From contig JAHRHZ010000268.1 of NCBI GenBank assembly GCA_024137785.1, positions 6,262,772-6,326,771 of the forward strand: a DNA stretch of 64,000 nucleotides, in the 5' to 3' direction. This document shows, piece by piece, positions 26,425 through 38,869 of this stretch. The DNA is from Ginglymostoma cirratum. Its lineage: Eukaryota. The notes under the pieces are model-generated. The model did no database searches, had not been told where the DNA came from, and saw only the letters and a program-made list of their open reading frames with translations. Every line of letters begins with the position of its first letter. Position 1 is the stretch's first letter. Made by a program: the position numbers and the translations under genes.

Positions 26425-27130
26425 ATTTTTTATTCACTATTGGAATGTGGGCATTGCTGATTGACCCGCATTAATTGCCTGTCCCTTGTTGCCCTTAAGA
26501 AGTTGGTGGGGAGCTGCATTCTTGAACTGCTGCAGTCCACATGCTATAGTTGAACCACATGCCCTTGAATGTCAAGGGCCAGAGACTAGATCGTCTATTT
26601 TGCCACTCGGCATTTCTGGCAGAAGAATGTTTCAGCTAGATCTTTTACACTGATCTGCTGGGCTCTTCCATCATTGAGAATGGGGATATTGAGCCTCTTC
26701 TTCCAGTGAAGTTATAATTGTCCACTGTTCATGAATGGGTGTGGCAGGACCAGACGGCTTAGATCTGATCCATTGGTTATGGGATGACTTAGCTCTGTCT
26801 GTCACTTGCAGTGGCTTCACCAGTTGACACCTCATTTTTAGCGATGTCTGTTGCTGCTCCTGGCATGCCCTCTTTCACCCTTCATTGAATCAGGGTTGAT
26901 CTGGTTTGATGGTAATAGTTGAATGGGGGAATATGTCTGCCCACGCGGTTGTAGATTTTGTTGGAATACATTTCTGCTGCTGTTGCTGGCCTACAGTACT
27001 TCATGGATGCCCGGTCTTGAGTTGCTAGATCTGTTCAGAGTGTATCCCATTTAGCACAGTGGTAATGCCACACAACACAATGGAGGGTCTTCTCAATGTG
27101 CAGGCGTGACTTCTCCCGGAGGACTGTGTG
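26425..27130 (-). mobile_element. Internally deleted LINE (tail as at 1-175)
   Basis: reversed tail at 26430-26560 joined to decayed upstream LINE sequence. Confidence 0.55.
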
Positions 27131-27652
27131 CACTCATTCTAGTTCCCACAGCCGAGTTGAGTTTGTTTAAACCCTCCCATCAGCAAGTTATTATGACCTG
27201 TCGTAATCAGGATGTTCTTATGCTGTTGATGTTTGACAATTACACTGAAGAAGTGCCTTTAAATGTCTACCTGTTCTTCTTTATCTAGTTAGTTCTGCAG
27301 AACCGGTTAGCCGTGCGTTTAGTTGATCAGGCTTCAAGTTCTGAAATTTCCATTGAAAACCTTTACTCCTGTCAACAAACTTCTTCTTATTTAAAATCCT
27401 CCTTGAAATCTGTTTCTTTGGCTGGATTTTTAGCCGCCGTTCATGGCATTTCCAGCTTTATTTTGACATCTATTTGTAAGTGCCTTGGAACATTTTTCTG
27501 TTTTAGAAGTGCTTTACAACTAGAAGCTGACGTTTTTATTGTAGTACAACAAAGTGCACTGACTCTTCTTTGTAAAATATGTTGAAATTCTAATATTATA
27601 TGGGGTGAATGGGTCATAATCTGTTCAGTTTTATAATGTGGCACTTTCATAG

Positions 27653-27896
27653 GACCTCCTGCGTCGTGACATCTTGTACTACAAAAGCAGGATCGACACA
27701 GACAGCATGGAAGTGGTGGATGTCGAAGATGGGAAGGACAAGGACTTCAACATCAGTGTCAAGAACGCATTCAAACTTCAAAACAAGTTCACAAATGAGG
27801 TCCACTTGTTCTGCGCAAAGAAGTTGTCGGTCAAAGAACGTTGGCTTCAAGCCTTTGAAAATGAACGAAAACAGGTTCAACTTGACAAAGAGACAG
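27653..27896 (+). CDS. ARHGEF4: ARHGEF4 exon: PH domain
   Basis: actttcatag| to G|gtaaaa, 244 nt, ends phase 1; [42 protein letters not shown]...[18 protein letters not shown]. Confidence 0.93.
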
Positions 27897-28460
27897 GTAA
27901 AAGTCTTGTTTTGGCAGGATGAAACAATGTTACGGAGGCTACTGGTGTCAGCTGTCCGTCTCCTTGAATACGAATTCTAAAATACCAGCTATGCGCATGC
28001 CACCATTAGTGTGCCTTCCTATTTCTTCATTCGTGGGATGTGGTTGTCTCCGGTTAGCCCAGCATTTATCACTCAGCCGTAATTGTTCATGAGAAAGCAG
28101 TGGTCATCTGTCTTCTTGAATTACTACAGTTGATGTGGAGTAGTTCCATCTGCAGAGCTGTTAGGACAGAAAAGTATTCTGCCTTCTACAAGGATGTGGA
28201 CTTCTGCCTGGCACGCAATATTGTTTTCCACAAATATCAGGAGCTGATACGCATTACTCCCTGCTGACTCACACACACCACCATCCCCCCCCACGTCCCA
28301 CTCACGCTGGAGTTGCTGCTGTGCTGTAGTGTGCACCTCTCCCTTCCCAACTGGCCTTTACACCAGAGATAATAGGTACTGCAGATGCTGGAGAATCCGA
28401 GATAACAAGCGTGGGGCTGGATGAACACAGCAGGTCAAGCAGCATCATAGGAGCAGGAAA

Positions 28461-28496
28461 ACTTGACGTTTCGGGCCTAAACCCTTCATCAGAAAT
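28461..28496 (-). ncRNA. Minimal type I hammerhead ribozyme motif
   Basis: minus AUUU-CUGAUGA-A-GGG-UUUAGG-CCC-GAAA-CGUC-AAGU; stem I AUUU/AAGU, palindromic ACGU stem III. Confidence 0.75.
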
Positions 28497-29091
28497 GGGG
28501 GAGGGGAAGAGGGTTCTGAAATAAATAGGGAGAGAGGGGAGGCGGATGGATAGAGGAGAGGATAGGTGGAGAGGAGAGGATAGGTGGAGAGGAGGCAGAC
28601 AAGTCGAAGAGTTTTTTTTTGTAGAGCAGTCATTTCTCATTTATTAATTGGTATCCATATGTTGTGTTCACATTAAGAACTCAATATAGATTAACACAAA
28701 ATCCTAGAATCATCCAGCCCTGAAAGAGACCATTCACTCTGTGTCATTTCTTCTGAAAAGTAATCCTTTAGGTTCTAATCTTCCAATCTTGCCCTGTGAA
28801 CTTGCAATTATTTCTTCAAGTGTTTGGTCAATTCCCTTTCTATTCCCTACCATTGAATCTGTATCTACCCCGCTATGAGGCAATATATTCCATATTCACC
28901 CACTCGTTGCATAAAAATGTTTTTCCTCTTGTCCCATTTGGTTCTTTTACCACTCACTTAAACCTGGGTTGGTGACTCACTAGCTATTGGAAACAATTTT
29001 CTCCATTGATGTGACCAAATGTGTCATGATTTTAAACACCTTCATCAGGCCACTTCTTAACCTTCCCTGCTCCAAGGAGAAAAAGCTTAGT

Positions 29092-29259
29092 CAACGTTTC
29101 GGGTCCAGTGACCGTTCCTCAGTTCTGAGGAAGGGTCCCCGGACATGAAACGTTAACTGTGTTTTCTCCTCCACAGATGCTGCCAGACCTGCTGAGCTTT
29201 TCTGGCAACTTTGTTTTTGTTCCTGATTTACAGCAGCCGCAGTTCTTTTGGTTTTTATA
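29092..29259. mobile_element. Palindromic double-hammerhead element (family D) inside the captured segment
   Basis: aacgtttcgggtccagtgaccgttcctcag-tt-ctgaggaagggtccccggacatgaaacgtt; TSD AAAAAGCTTAGT at 29080-29091 and 29260-29271. Confidence 0.85.
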
Positions 29260-29374
29260 AAAAAGCTTAGTATTTACTAGAGATAAAAGGTACTGCAGAT
29301 GCTGGAGAATCCGAGATTACAAGCATGGGGCTGGATGAACACAGCAGGTCAAGCAGTATCATAGGAGCAGGAAA

Positions 29375-29410
29375 ACTTGACGTTTCGGGCCTAAACCCTT
29401 CATCAGAAAT
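29375..29410 (-). ncRNA. Minimal type I hammerhead ribozyme motif
   Basis: identical to 28461-28496. Confidence 0.75.
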
Positions 29411-30755
29411 GGGGGAGGGGAAGAGGGTTCTGAAATAAATAGGGAGAGAGGGGGAGGCGGATAGAGGAGGCAGACAAGTCGAAGAGGCGGGGATGGAGCC
29501 AGTAAAGGTGAGTGTAGGTGGGGGGGTAGGGAGGAGATAGGTCAGTCCAGGGAGGACGGACAGGTCAAGGGGGCGGGATGATGTTAGTAGATAGGAGATG
29601 GAGGTGTGGCTTGAGGTGAGAGGAAAAACAGGTTAGGGAGGTGGAGATGAGCTGGGCTGGTTTTGGGATGCGGTTGGGGGAAGGGGAGATTTTAAAGCTT
29701 GTGAAATCCACATTGATGCCATTGGACTGCAGGGTTCCCAGGCTGAATATGATTTGCTGTTCCTGCAGCCTTCGGGTGGCATCACTGTGGCATTGCAGGA
29801 GGCCAAGGATGGATATGTCATCTGAGGAATGGGAGGGGGAGTTGAAATGGTTCGCGACTGGGAGGTGCAGTTGTTTGTTGCGAACTGAGCGCAGGTGTTC
29901 TGCAAAGCGGTCCCCAAGCCTCCGCTTGGTTTCCCCGATGTAGAGGAAGCCACAATGGGTACAGCGGATGCAGTATACCACATTGGCAGATGTGCTGGTG
30001 AACCTCTGCCTGATGTGGAAAGTCTTCTTGGGGCCTGGGATTGGGGTGAGGGAGGAGGTGTGGGGGCAGGTGTAGCACTTCCTGCGGTTACAAGGAAAAG
30101 TGCCGGGTGTGGTGGGGCTGGAGGGGAGTGTGGAGCGGACAAGGGAGTCGCGGAGGGAGTGGTCCCTCCAGAAGGCAGATAAGGGTGGGGAGGGAAAAAT
30201 GTCTTTGGTGGTGGGGCCTTTACACCATATCATTTGTTAGGCTTCAGCGCAGAGTGCGATAGATTTATATATTTATCCTGACAGAGCAATCGGTTGTTAA
30301 CTATCTGAGGGGAGGTAATAAGCCATGACCCCTGACTATTTATGCTGGCTGAATATAACTGCAGCTAAGGGCCTTGTGGTGCAGTGGTACTGTCCCTACC
30401 CCTGAACCAAAAGACCTAGGTTTAAGTACCACCTGATCCAGAGGTGTATAATGACATCTCTGAACAGGTTTATTAGATTAAATTTTTAAAAATGTAAAAT
30501 ATTATCACTGCAGCTAGTGTGAAGCCACTTTACAGAAAGGATCTCAAACAACCCATTAAATAGTCCTCAGTTGTATGTTATTAGAGAGCTGGGAGGACGG
30601 TTTGTTCTGCACACATGCACTCAAGCATGCATAGACCTCCAGGTTGTCAATGACGGAGTGATAGAAAACAACAGTGTAGCTTGGAACTAGCAATATGCTC
30701 ATTCTAGAGTGCTGCATTAGTGCATAAGCTTCTGAAAATAACACAGTAAAACATT

Positions 30756-30976
30756 GAGATAACAAGGTGTAGAGCTGGATGAACACAGCAGGCCAAGCAG
30801 CATCAGAGGAGCAGGAAAGCTGATGTTTCAGGCCTAGACGCTTCTTCAGAAAATGAAGGGTCTCGGCCGGAAACATCAGCCTGCCTGTACCTCTGACGCT
30901 GCTTGGCCTGCTGTGTTCATCCAGCTCTAGCACCTTGTTATCTCATTCTCCAGCATCTGCAGTTCCTACTGTCTCT
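30756..30976. mobile_element. Palindromic pair of Penelope terminal repeats
   Basis: about 95-bp inverted arms meeting at cttcttcagaaaatgaaggg; perfect TSD CACAGTAAAACATT at 30742-30755 and 30977-30990. Confidence 0.88.
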
Positions 30977-31268
30977 CACAGTAAAACATTCCACAGCTGG
31001 GTTCAACCTTGAGCAATTGTGAAGGCCTCCTAGTTATTCCTCATGGAAATGCCACACTCCACCACAGATGAATCAGTCTCTGAGCTGTTACCAATACCAC
31101 TGAGATCCGTCATTAATATAATTGTGTTGTTTTGTTTTTCAGAATTAACACTTCGACATGTAGTTCACATTGTTCGCTTGCCTTCCACAGATTCTGTCCA
31201 TCGTTATTGAATGGGACATATTTGATGGGACAATTGTGCTCACATGTGATATTGTGCTTTTTCTCAAG

Positions 31269-31346
31269 GCTTTGCTATCACAGAAGTTCAAAAGAAACAG
31301 GCCATGATGAACGCAAAAAAATCACATCCGACCGGGAAGCCTAAAG
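31269..31346 (+). CDS. ARHGEF4: ARHGEF4 penultimate coding exon
   Basis: tttttctcaag| to G|gtgact, 78 nt, phase 1-1; (G)FAITEVQKKQAMMNAKKSHPTGKPK. Confidence 0.92.
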
Positions 31347-32519
31347 GTGACTTTTCCAATTTAATAACGTAATTACTGCATAGTCACTTATGAAACAGGC
31401 ATTGCAATTCAGTTGTTTCATCTAGGAATTCATTATAAATGCAATACAATGCGACATGTATTTTAGTAGATGTCTTATCAAGGTAGAATAGCTGGAAGGA
31501 CAAATTGATCAAATACATTATTAAGACACATTTGACATATAAATAAATGAAAAATGCAAACAAATTTAAAATGAATATGAAAGAAATGGGTGATCCAAAA
31601 GAATGTTTTGCACTGTTGGAGAAAATCTGCAAGTGGTGCGAATTGATTAATTTTCTTGATTTGTTATTGGGAAGTAAAAACTGTTTGTCCTTCCTTATGG
31701 AATACATTGCCTGTGGCTGTGTGAGAAGTTGATTCAATGGAGGAATTCACCAGGGAACTGGATTATTAACTGAAGAGGAAGTATGCACAAGGTTGTAGGG
31801 AGAGTGGCTGTGGATTAAATGTTCCACAGACAGCCAGCACAAAATGACCTGCTTCTCTGCTTTAGCCGTCGTCTGGTTCTATGATTCGATCATGACTACA
31901 CTTCAAAAATTTTTTTTATTGGCAGTAAGGAGCTTTGTGGTGTCCTGAGGTTGTAAAAATCTTCATGTAAATGTGAGGTTTCTCTTTCTTGATACGGCAG
32001 ATGACAGGCAAATTCCAGATATGAATGTTAAAAATGAGCATTTCATAAGGGATGCATTTCATGCAGTTGTTACTCAATTACACTTTAAATTTTCCAAACC
32101 AGTGAGCTCTTTCTTTGATAGAGCATTACTAAAAATGTAAGCCATAAACTAATTATCTGGGGTACCCAGGCCCTATCATGGAGTATATTACAAGCTTGCT
32201 GAATGAATAATGAGAGTGGGGAAAGAACATCAATAGCTGTTATGTCATTGTTCTAGCTGTGCTGCGATGGCTAGGCTAGTTGTTTCAGCTTATCCCTTCT
32301 TCTATTCCTTGTCCAGGGCCAACGCAAACATTGGTCTCTATTTTGCTATTGAGCACATCTAAATTTGGAACATCTCAGCCATTACAATTCCCTCACTTTC
32401 AGGTTTTTAGGGAAGGACAAATACCCTAAGCAAAATTTTCATTTGACTTGCTAGGTTTGCCAGTGATCTACCCTGTTCCATCTTGCTACATAAACAATTA
32501 TAATCTGCTACAGAATAAA

Positions 32520-32740
32520 AGGTAAAGTCACCATAGTCCCAGAGGGCTACTCTTTCATGAGAGAGAGAGAGAGAGAGACAACTGGTGGTGGTTTCACCGG
32601 AGGGTCACCACACCTCAAGCGAGGGGAAAAGGATGAGAAGGAGAGTCTTTCATGGTGACCTCAGTTGGAGTGGGAGTTGAACTCATGCTGTAAGCATCAC
32701 ACTGCATTGCAAACCAGCCATCCAACCAACTGAGCTAAAT
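32520..32740 (-). mobile_element. tRNA-derived SINE containing (GA)n
   Basis: minus strand begins ttagctcagttggttggatgg (A box) with gagttcaactcc (B box); a more decayed relative may lie at about 6620-6850 (+). Confidence 0.6.
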
Positions 32741-33566
32741 GATCACAGAAAAACCCAGCAGTAGCAACTCACAGAACTCATGCAATTATTTATTTGGGTC
32801 TAAATTATCCAAAGAGGAATTCACTTACTCCCTGAGGAAAGATCCATCAGAAGCTGGTCAATTTCACCAAATTAAATCCAATTTAATACACTGTAGAAGG
32901 TAAAAATGCATAGACCTACTTTAAGTTATATCAAAGCAAATGATTAGTGAACGTTGCTGGAAAACTAAGGACAAATTCGAACTTGGAATATAACATCACT
33001 TATTTTGTCCTGACTCAGTTAGTGAGACTGTACAGACAGATCCTCTGCTAAGCAATCAAAGGGAAAATTGAATGTCATGAAGTACTTTGCAGATGGGTTG
33101 AATTCAGTTCAGTTGCTGTGCACATTGGTAATTTAGTTACATCTGGCTATTCCTGGCTGCTGTACTATGTGGCTAATTGGGCAGGACGTGTACTCCATTA
33201 TAGTGGTTCATTTCCAGATGGTGCATTCTTAAAATCTCAGGTAAGCGAATCAAATGTGTAAGTGACAAATACCTGCAATAGAACTGGTGTATTACTTTCT
33301 CTGTAAGTAATGGGTACCATTTTCATTCGAGTTTGTGGTGTATGTTTAAAATGTTCATCTTTTCACAGTGCATACTTACAGTTTAATTTGCTCTTTTTAA
33401 AAAATGCTATGGATAGTCCTTTGCCGTTCTTTCATCCTGTCTTAATTCATGCACATTTCAGAAAAAAAAGATGTTGCCAAGCATGACTGTAACTTTTTTT
33501 TGTGTGTTCTGTCTTTTGTTTTCCTTTCTTCCACTCACTCTTTTCTATCCCTGTTTCTTGAACAAG

Positions 33567-33793
33567 ATCTCCAACAGCTGCTGAATGTGACCTCATCTCT
33601 GTCTCAGTCCACCACATGTCTCCACGAACCTGCTCCCCAGCATCCAAAACCCCCACCAGCTACCAAACTCCTCGAGACCCCACGGATGTCGCAGGCTCGT
33701 CTTCTGCTCCAGAAAGGGGGGGATGTGACTCCCAGCATTTTACGTAGGGCTATGTCATGGATGTCCACTCACAGCCGCGACCTGTTCCAATAA
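33567..33793 (+). CDS. ARHGEF4: Candidate alternative terminal coding exon of ARHGEF4 (75-aa tail)
   Basis: about 84-nt AG-free pyrimidine tract ending aacaag|; phase 1 fits the 31346 donor; open to TAA 33793; ATTAAA at 33959. Confidence 0.55.
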
Positions 33794-35983
33794 TGGCAGA
33801 AAAGGTGATCAGCCTATTCCCCTTTAATTCTAACTAACATAATCAATACAAACGTATTGTTGCTTAAGAGGCTGATAATGCAGTGAAACCTGGCTTTCTG
33901 GTCACCTTGAGTTTTTACCTTGTAATCAATCATTTCCAACTCAAAAGCAAACAGATTCATTAAATAATTTGAATAGTTGGTTCATCAATCAAATTATCTG
34001 CCCAGCATCTTGCAAGCAAGCCCCAAAATCCAACCTTATCTTTGGAACCAATAAGGTTTTATTTGCATTCGAAGCATTATATATTAATAACCATAAAATG
34101 ACCCAGCATAGAACAAGACCATTCAGCCCATTTTGCAAGTGCCAGCTGTTAGAAGGACTGTCCAATGAGTTCCCCGTTATCCTGTTCACTTATCATTTAA
34201 AAGTGAATGTATATTTTGGAAAAGTTACTGTTAAATCAGTTTCCACCAGCCTCTCAGGGGCTGTCGTTCCAGATAACACTTTACAAAACATTAAAAATGC
34301 TTTCGTGTAACTATAATTCATTTGATAAGTAGAAACCATTAAAGGTAACCCTGTTTCATGCCCTGTTCTGATCATTATATCTCTCCAAAATATGAAGTAG
34401 ACTAGTTTTTAATCCAGAGAAACTTCCAACAACAATTATAATTGATCTTTAACAGAACTCAGAATGTTCAGGGAGAAAGTGAGCAGTGGCCTTCTAATGC
34501 AATGTTTAGCGGGTAAACACAACACTCAGACTCTGAATCTTAACATGTACATTACTCATGGCAAAGGAATACATTGGTTCAAATCTTTTAAAAAAATCAC
34601 ATGAATGAAAGAGCATATCAGATGGCCATAGCTCATCGATTAGTCCTTGAGTGGTGGAGCAGCCATGTGCTGTGGTCATGGAGAACTCTATTTCACTGCA
34701 ACTTTCTCGACGAACTACCACGTATGTTCATTCATATCTGTTTGTTCTAATAAACCACATAGGAAGGTCTTCTACCATGAATTTATACTTTATAGAAGCT
34801 TTAAGATTTCACTAAATGTCAACTGCGGGTTGAAATTAAATAACAAATTTGTTAGTAACCCTTGATCCAATTCCTCAACTGCCTGAATGAAGGCCATGAT
34901 GCTTTCCCATCATTCTCTTTTTATTCACTATTCACCTCTCCTGTTCATCTTTTCATACCACTTCAGAGGACCCACTGGACCCCAGATAGTTGCGCACTTC
35001 CCCACTAATTGTATCTGATACAGGTTGAGCCACAACTGAGCAGTTAAATGTTACCAGAGCCAATCTTCAACTGAGACCATTGCTCATTTCTCATAAAAGC
35101 CTGTTTCTTCGTGAGGTGTGTTATTTAAAGTGAAAACAGAACTGTTAATTTCAAATAATGTATATTCATGTTGGGAGAGGGGTGTTGCTGGTAAGATTGG
35201 CATTTAGTTCCCAATTCTGGCTGTCCTGAGAAGGTGATGATGCAATTAATTAGGGAGGAAGGTCATTTCAAATTAAGAGTGAACCAAGTCGCTGTGAGAC
35301 TGGAGTCACATGTAGGCCAGACTTGAGTAAGGACAACACGTTTCCTTCCGAAAAGGGAAGTTGGGTCTTTCTAGCAATCTCATAGTCCCTGTCACCAATA
35401 AACTGAATTAAATTCTCCAACTGCTGTGGTGAACTTGAACTCCTCTTCACTGGGTTCCTAGTCTGGTGACATGACCACGATGCTGTCATACTCGTCTGGC
35501 TATGGTATCCAACTCGGGACATCTAATCACATCCGTAACACATATCTCTGCACCCAACAAATCATTAACTTGTAAGTGAAAGAACAATGTAGGATTTTGT
35601 TAATATATTGAAGACACCACACAATCAAGCACTAAAAAGAACGATAGAACAGTAAATCATGAAGGCCCAAACCCTTTTAGCTGCAGCACTTTACTTTCAA
35701 AGCAATGAACCACCCAATGGAACCTGCCGTGGTTACCTGCAAAATAGCCAGCTTTGCCTATTAATAATAAACGCAAAATACCGCAGATGCTGGAAATCTG
35801 AAACACAAACACAGAATGTCAGTGAAGCACAGCAGGTTTGGCAGTATCTGTAGAGAGAGAAACAGAGTCAATGTTTCATGTCTGGCGTGACTGAAAGGTT
35901 TTGCCTATTACCCATCTTGGATTCTAATCCTGCATGTGGCCATATAAATACAGGTTTCATTATTGAAATAAGCCAAAGGGTCT

Positions 35984-36310
35984 GGGGCGGCACGGTGGCT
36001 CAGGGTTAGCACTAATGCCTCACAGCGCCAGGGACCCGGGTTCAATTCCATTCTCGGGCAACTGTCTGTGTGGAGTTTGCACGTTCTCCCCGTGTTTGCG
36101 TGGGTTTCCTCCGGGTGCTCCGGTTTCCTCCCACAGCCCAAAGATGTGCAGGCTAGGTGGCTTGGCCATGCTAAATTACCCGTAGTGTTCAGGGATTTGT
36201 ACATTAGGCGGGTTATGGGGGGGGGGGGATGGGTTTGGGTGGGTGCTCTGAGGGTCAGTGCAGACTTGTTGGGCCAAAGGGCCTGCTTCCTCACTGTAGG
36301 GATTCTATGA
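35984..36310 (+). mobile_element. V-SINE (HE1-like)
   Basis: tRNA head ggcacggtggctcagggttagc...gggttcaattcc, V-domain ggagtttgcacgttctccccgtg...ggtttcctccgggtgctccggtttcctcccacag, CR1-like tail. Confidence 0.9.
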
Positions 36311-38869
36311 ACCAACTGTAAATGCGGTCCCTATAGGTTCTGCATGTCTTGAGCATCAACAGTTGGAGCTATGGTGTAGAGTTATGGCACAATTCAAAAT
36401 GGCTTCAAATAGTAACAATCAATTTACGGGTCAATGAAGAGAGATTTGTGTCCCAACAAAATTTAAAAAAAAAAAAAACAGCACATCCAGTTTCCCACAG
36501 GTTTCTCATCTTTTTTTTAAATGTCCAAATTACATATCCCACTTTTTCACAAATTCCATGTCAGAATTTACTGCCAATTCCGAATTGCCCTCAGGAAGAA
36601 AGTGCAGTGAGCTGATTTCTCAACCTGATGCAAACCCTTTAGTAAAGATAAAGGTATTCTCACATTCCTGTACAGGAGGGAATGAGAGGGAATTGAACCA
36701 GAAACAATGAAGGAATGGTCTTATAATTTTTAAGTCAGGAAGGTGTCAAAAGCACGCACAGCTGGTAGGAAAATTAGACGGAAAACTGATCAGCAGGTCT
36801 GGTAGCATCAGTGGAGAGAGAAACATGTTAACATTCCACATTGGATATCTCACTTCTTAAGAATCTTTGTTGGACATAGTTTTGCTTTTGTGGTTTGAAT
36901 AACTAATTATTAGCTGACCCTGAATGTTTACCTGGTCTTGTGGTATGACAGCATAAATTGCTCATTATCTAAGGTGTTGTAAATAGAAGTGATCTTTATT
37001 TAATCGTCAGCAAACATCTTCATTTCTACCTTTAAGTTTCAGGTATATCATGCATAAAGTGTTTGAAGGTTTTTGGGCCTAAGGGTCTCCCAGCGTGGTT
37101 CCTTGGGCTCAGATTATTTGCTAACAAAAACCAGCAGTGGCGCCTGTGTAAATGCCACATGTCCATTTAGTTTAAGACTTTTTATTAAGTAGTTTCATAT
37201 ACGGAATGCGAGGGCATTTAAGAGTGAACCACAGTGCTGTGGGTCTGAAGTTACATGTAGACCAGACCAGGCGAGGTTGGCAGCTTTCCTTCGCTAAGAG
37301 ACATTAGTGAGTGTGACAGATTATGACAGCCTTTTCATTTAATTCCCGAATTTCATGAATTTGCCATTGTGGGAATTCAGTCTAGGTCCCAAGAACATTA
37401 TCTGGATTTCTAGATTATGAGTTCAGTGCCAGTACCAATATTACTGTCATTCACCTCTCCCACGGATTCCAATCTGTTTTTCCTCTGATTCTCATCAATT
37501 TCAACTTTACTCAATCCTCTTGATGTAATACTAGTTTAAATGCTGCCTTGATACTTCGGGTTGTTATTCTCATTTCAAAGATTTATCTGATACACCGTTA
37601 TTAACATTATATTTTTATAAATACCAAATTGGGAGCCATGTCAAAATGATTTTCTTATTTTCTCCAAACTTGTAATCAGCCAGCACTTAAGCAGTATGCT
37701 TTCCATATAAAATCCTTCATTTCTTTCCCCTCTTCAGACTAATCCTACCTGGCTTTCAGAACTTCAAAACTCAATTTTGAAACGCGTAGGCACTTGCAAG
37801 GCTTTACTCCATCCTCCCTATAGTACCTGCTATTGTTAACTCTTCTGTATGGTATTTTACTTTTTCTATTCCCTGGAATGTTTTGATTAGTGATTGATGC
37901 CTTCATTCAGTTCCCCCTCCATCTCCAGTCTGCCTTTCTGCACCTCTTCCCCACCATCAAAAGCTTCTTTTAAATTGATTTACGTTAGGGTGTCCTTTGT
38001 GCATCTGCCCACTCTTCTCTTGCTCATGATGTCTGATGCCAATACTGGAACACCTTGGTACGCTTGTCGAGCTAAACGCATTGTTCATCTTGTTATGTGT
38101 TAAAATCCTGGAAGACCAGGGCACAAGAAGACACCATAATGTGACAAAGTGCTACACCTCAATCACCTTTTTGGCTGCACATTTTTGTTCTGGTTCGAGT
38201 ATATTAACTGACAAGACAATGAGCAGCCCTCCAACTTTACTAATGATAAACCACAAACTTAATTTGCCCCTATAAGGCAAATATTTAAATCCTTAATTAA
38301 AGGGAGTAATCAGACAAAGCCGTTAGTGAAATTAGGGCATGGTAAACTGCTTGGATATTTCAGGTTTCAGGCAAATGACTGGCACTCTCTAAAACAATAA
38401 CTGGACTGTAAGGAGTGTGTCTTACAGGCACAGAAAGTCACTGCATGATGAGCACTTCCAGTACCTATTACTTTCTCACCTCAATACACAGCTCTATAAT
38501 GAGCAAATCCTACTCCCAGTTAAAGCCATTGCCAACCTTTGTTGTTGTGCTGCATTTGCAGGTCTATAACCAAAAGGTGGTGCAATGGTACAGACACCAC
38601 AATCCTCCTGTCACTTTTGTTCCATCCCCAAATTTGGGGGATTATCCCAATTTTGGAAACAGCCAGAGTCACTACACTCACCCGATGTCTTTGTGATGAC
38701 CTAATTCTGATTCCCTGCTTGGCAAGCTTTCTTTGTCCTGTACCAGTGGCCTGGTCAGGCCTATTCTTACATGCCCAGCTTCAGACTGTTGGCGCCAGTT
38801 CATGTCCCTGTCAAAACTCACATCGACTCTGATAAGGTGAATCTTTTACAAGCGCCTGAAGTTATTATT

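Larger units (their letters stand above)
28365..30214 (-). mobile_element. Composite Penelope (family A) insertion: GIY-YIG body, terminal repeat, captured polyadenylated DNA, second terminal repeat
   Basis: TSD GGCCTTTACACCA at 28353-28365 and 30215-30227; ORF 29565-30214 VVYCIRCTHCGFLYIGETKRRLGDRFAEH; terminal repeats start at 29279 and 28365. Confidence 0.85.

Noticed and set aside
35908-36315. ORFs and tRNA-like head over 35984-36310
   Set aside because: V-SINE; no complete cloverleaf, and the ORFs are repeat artefacts.
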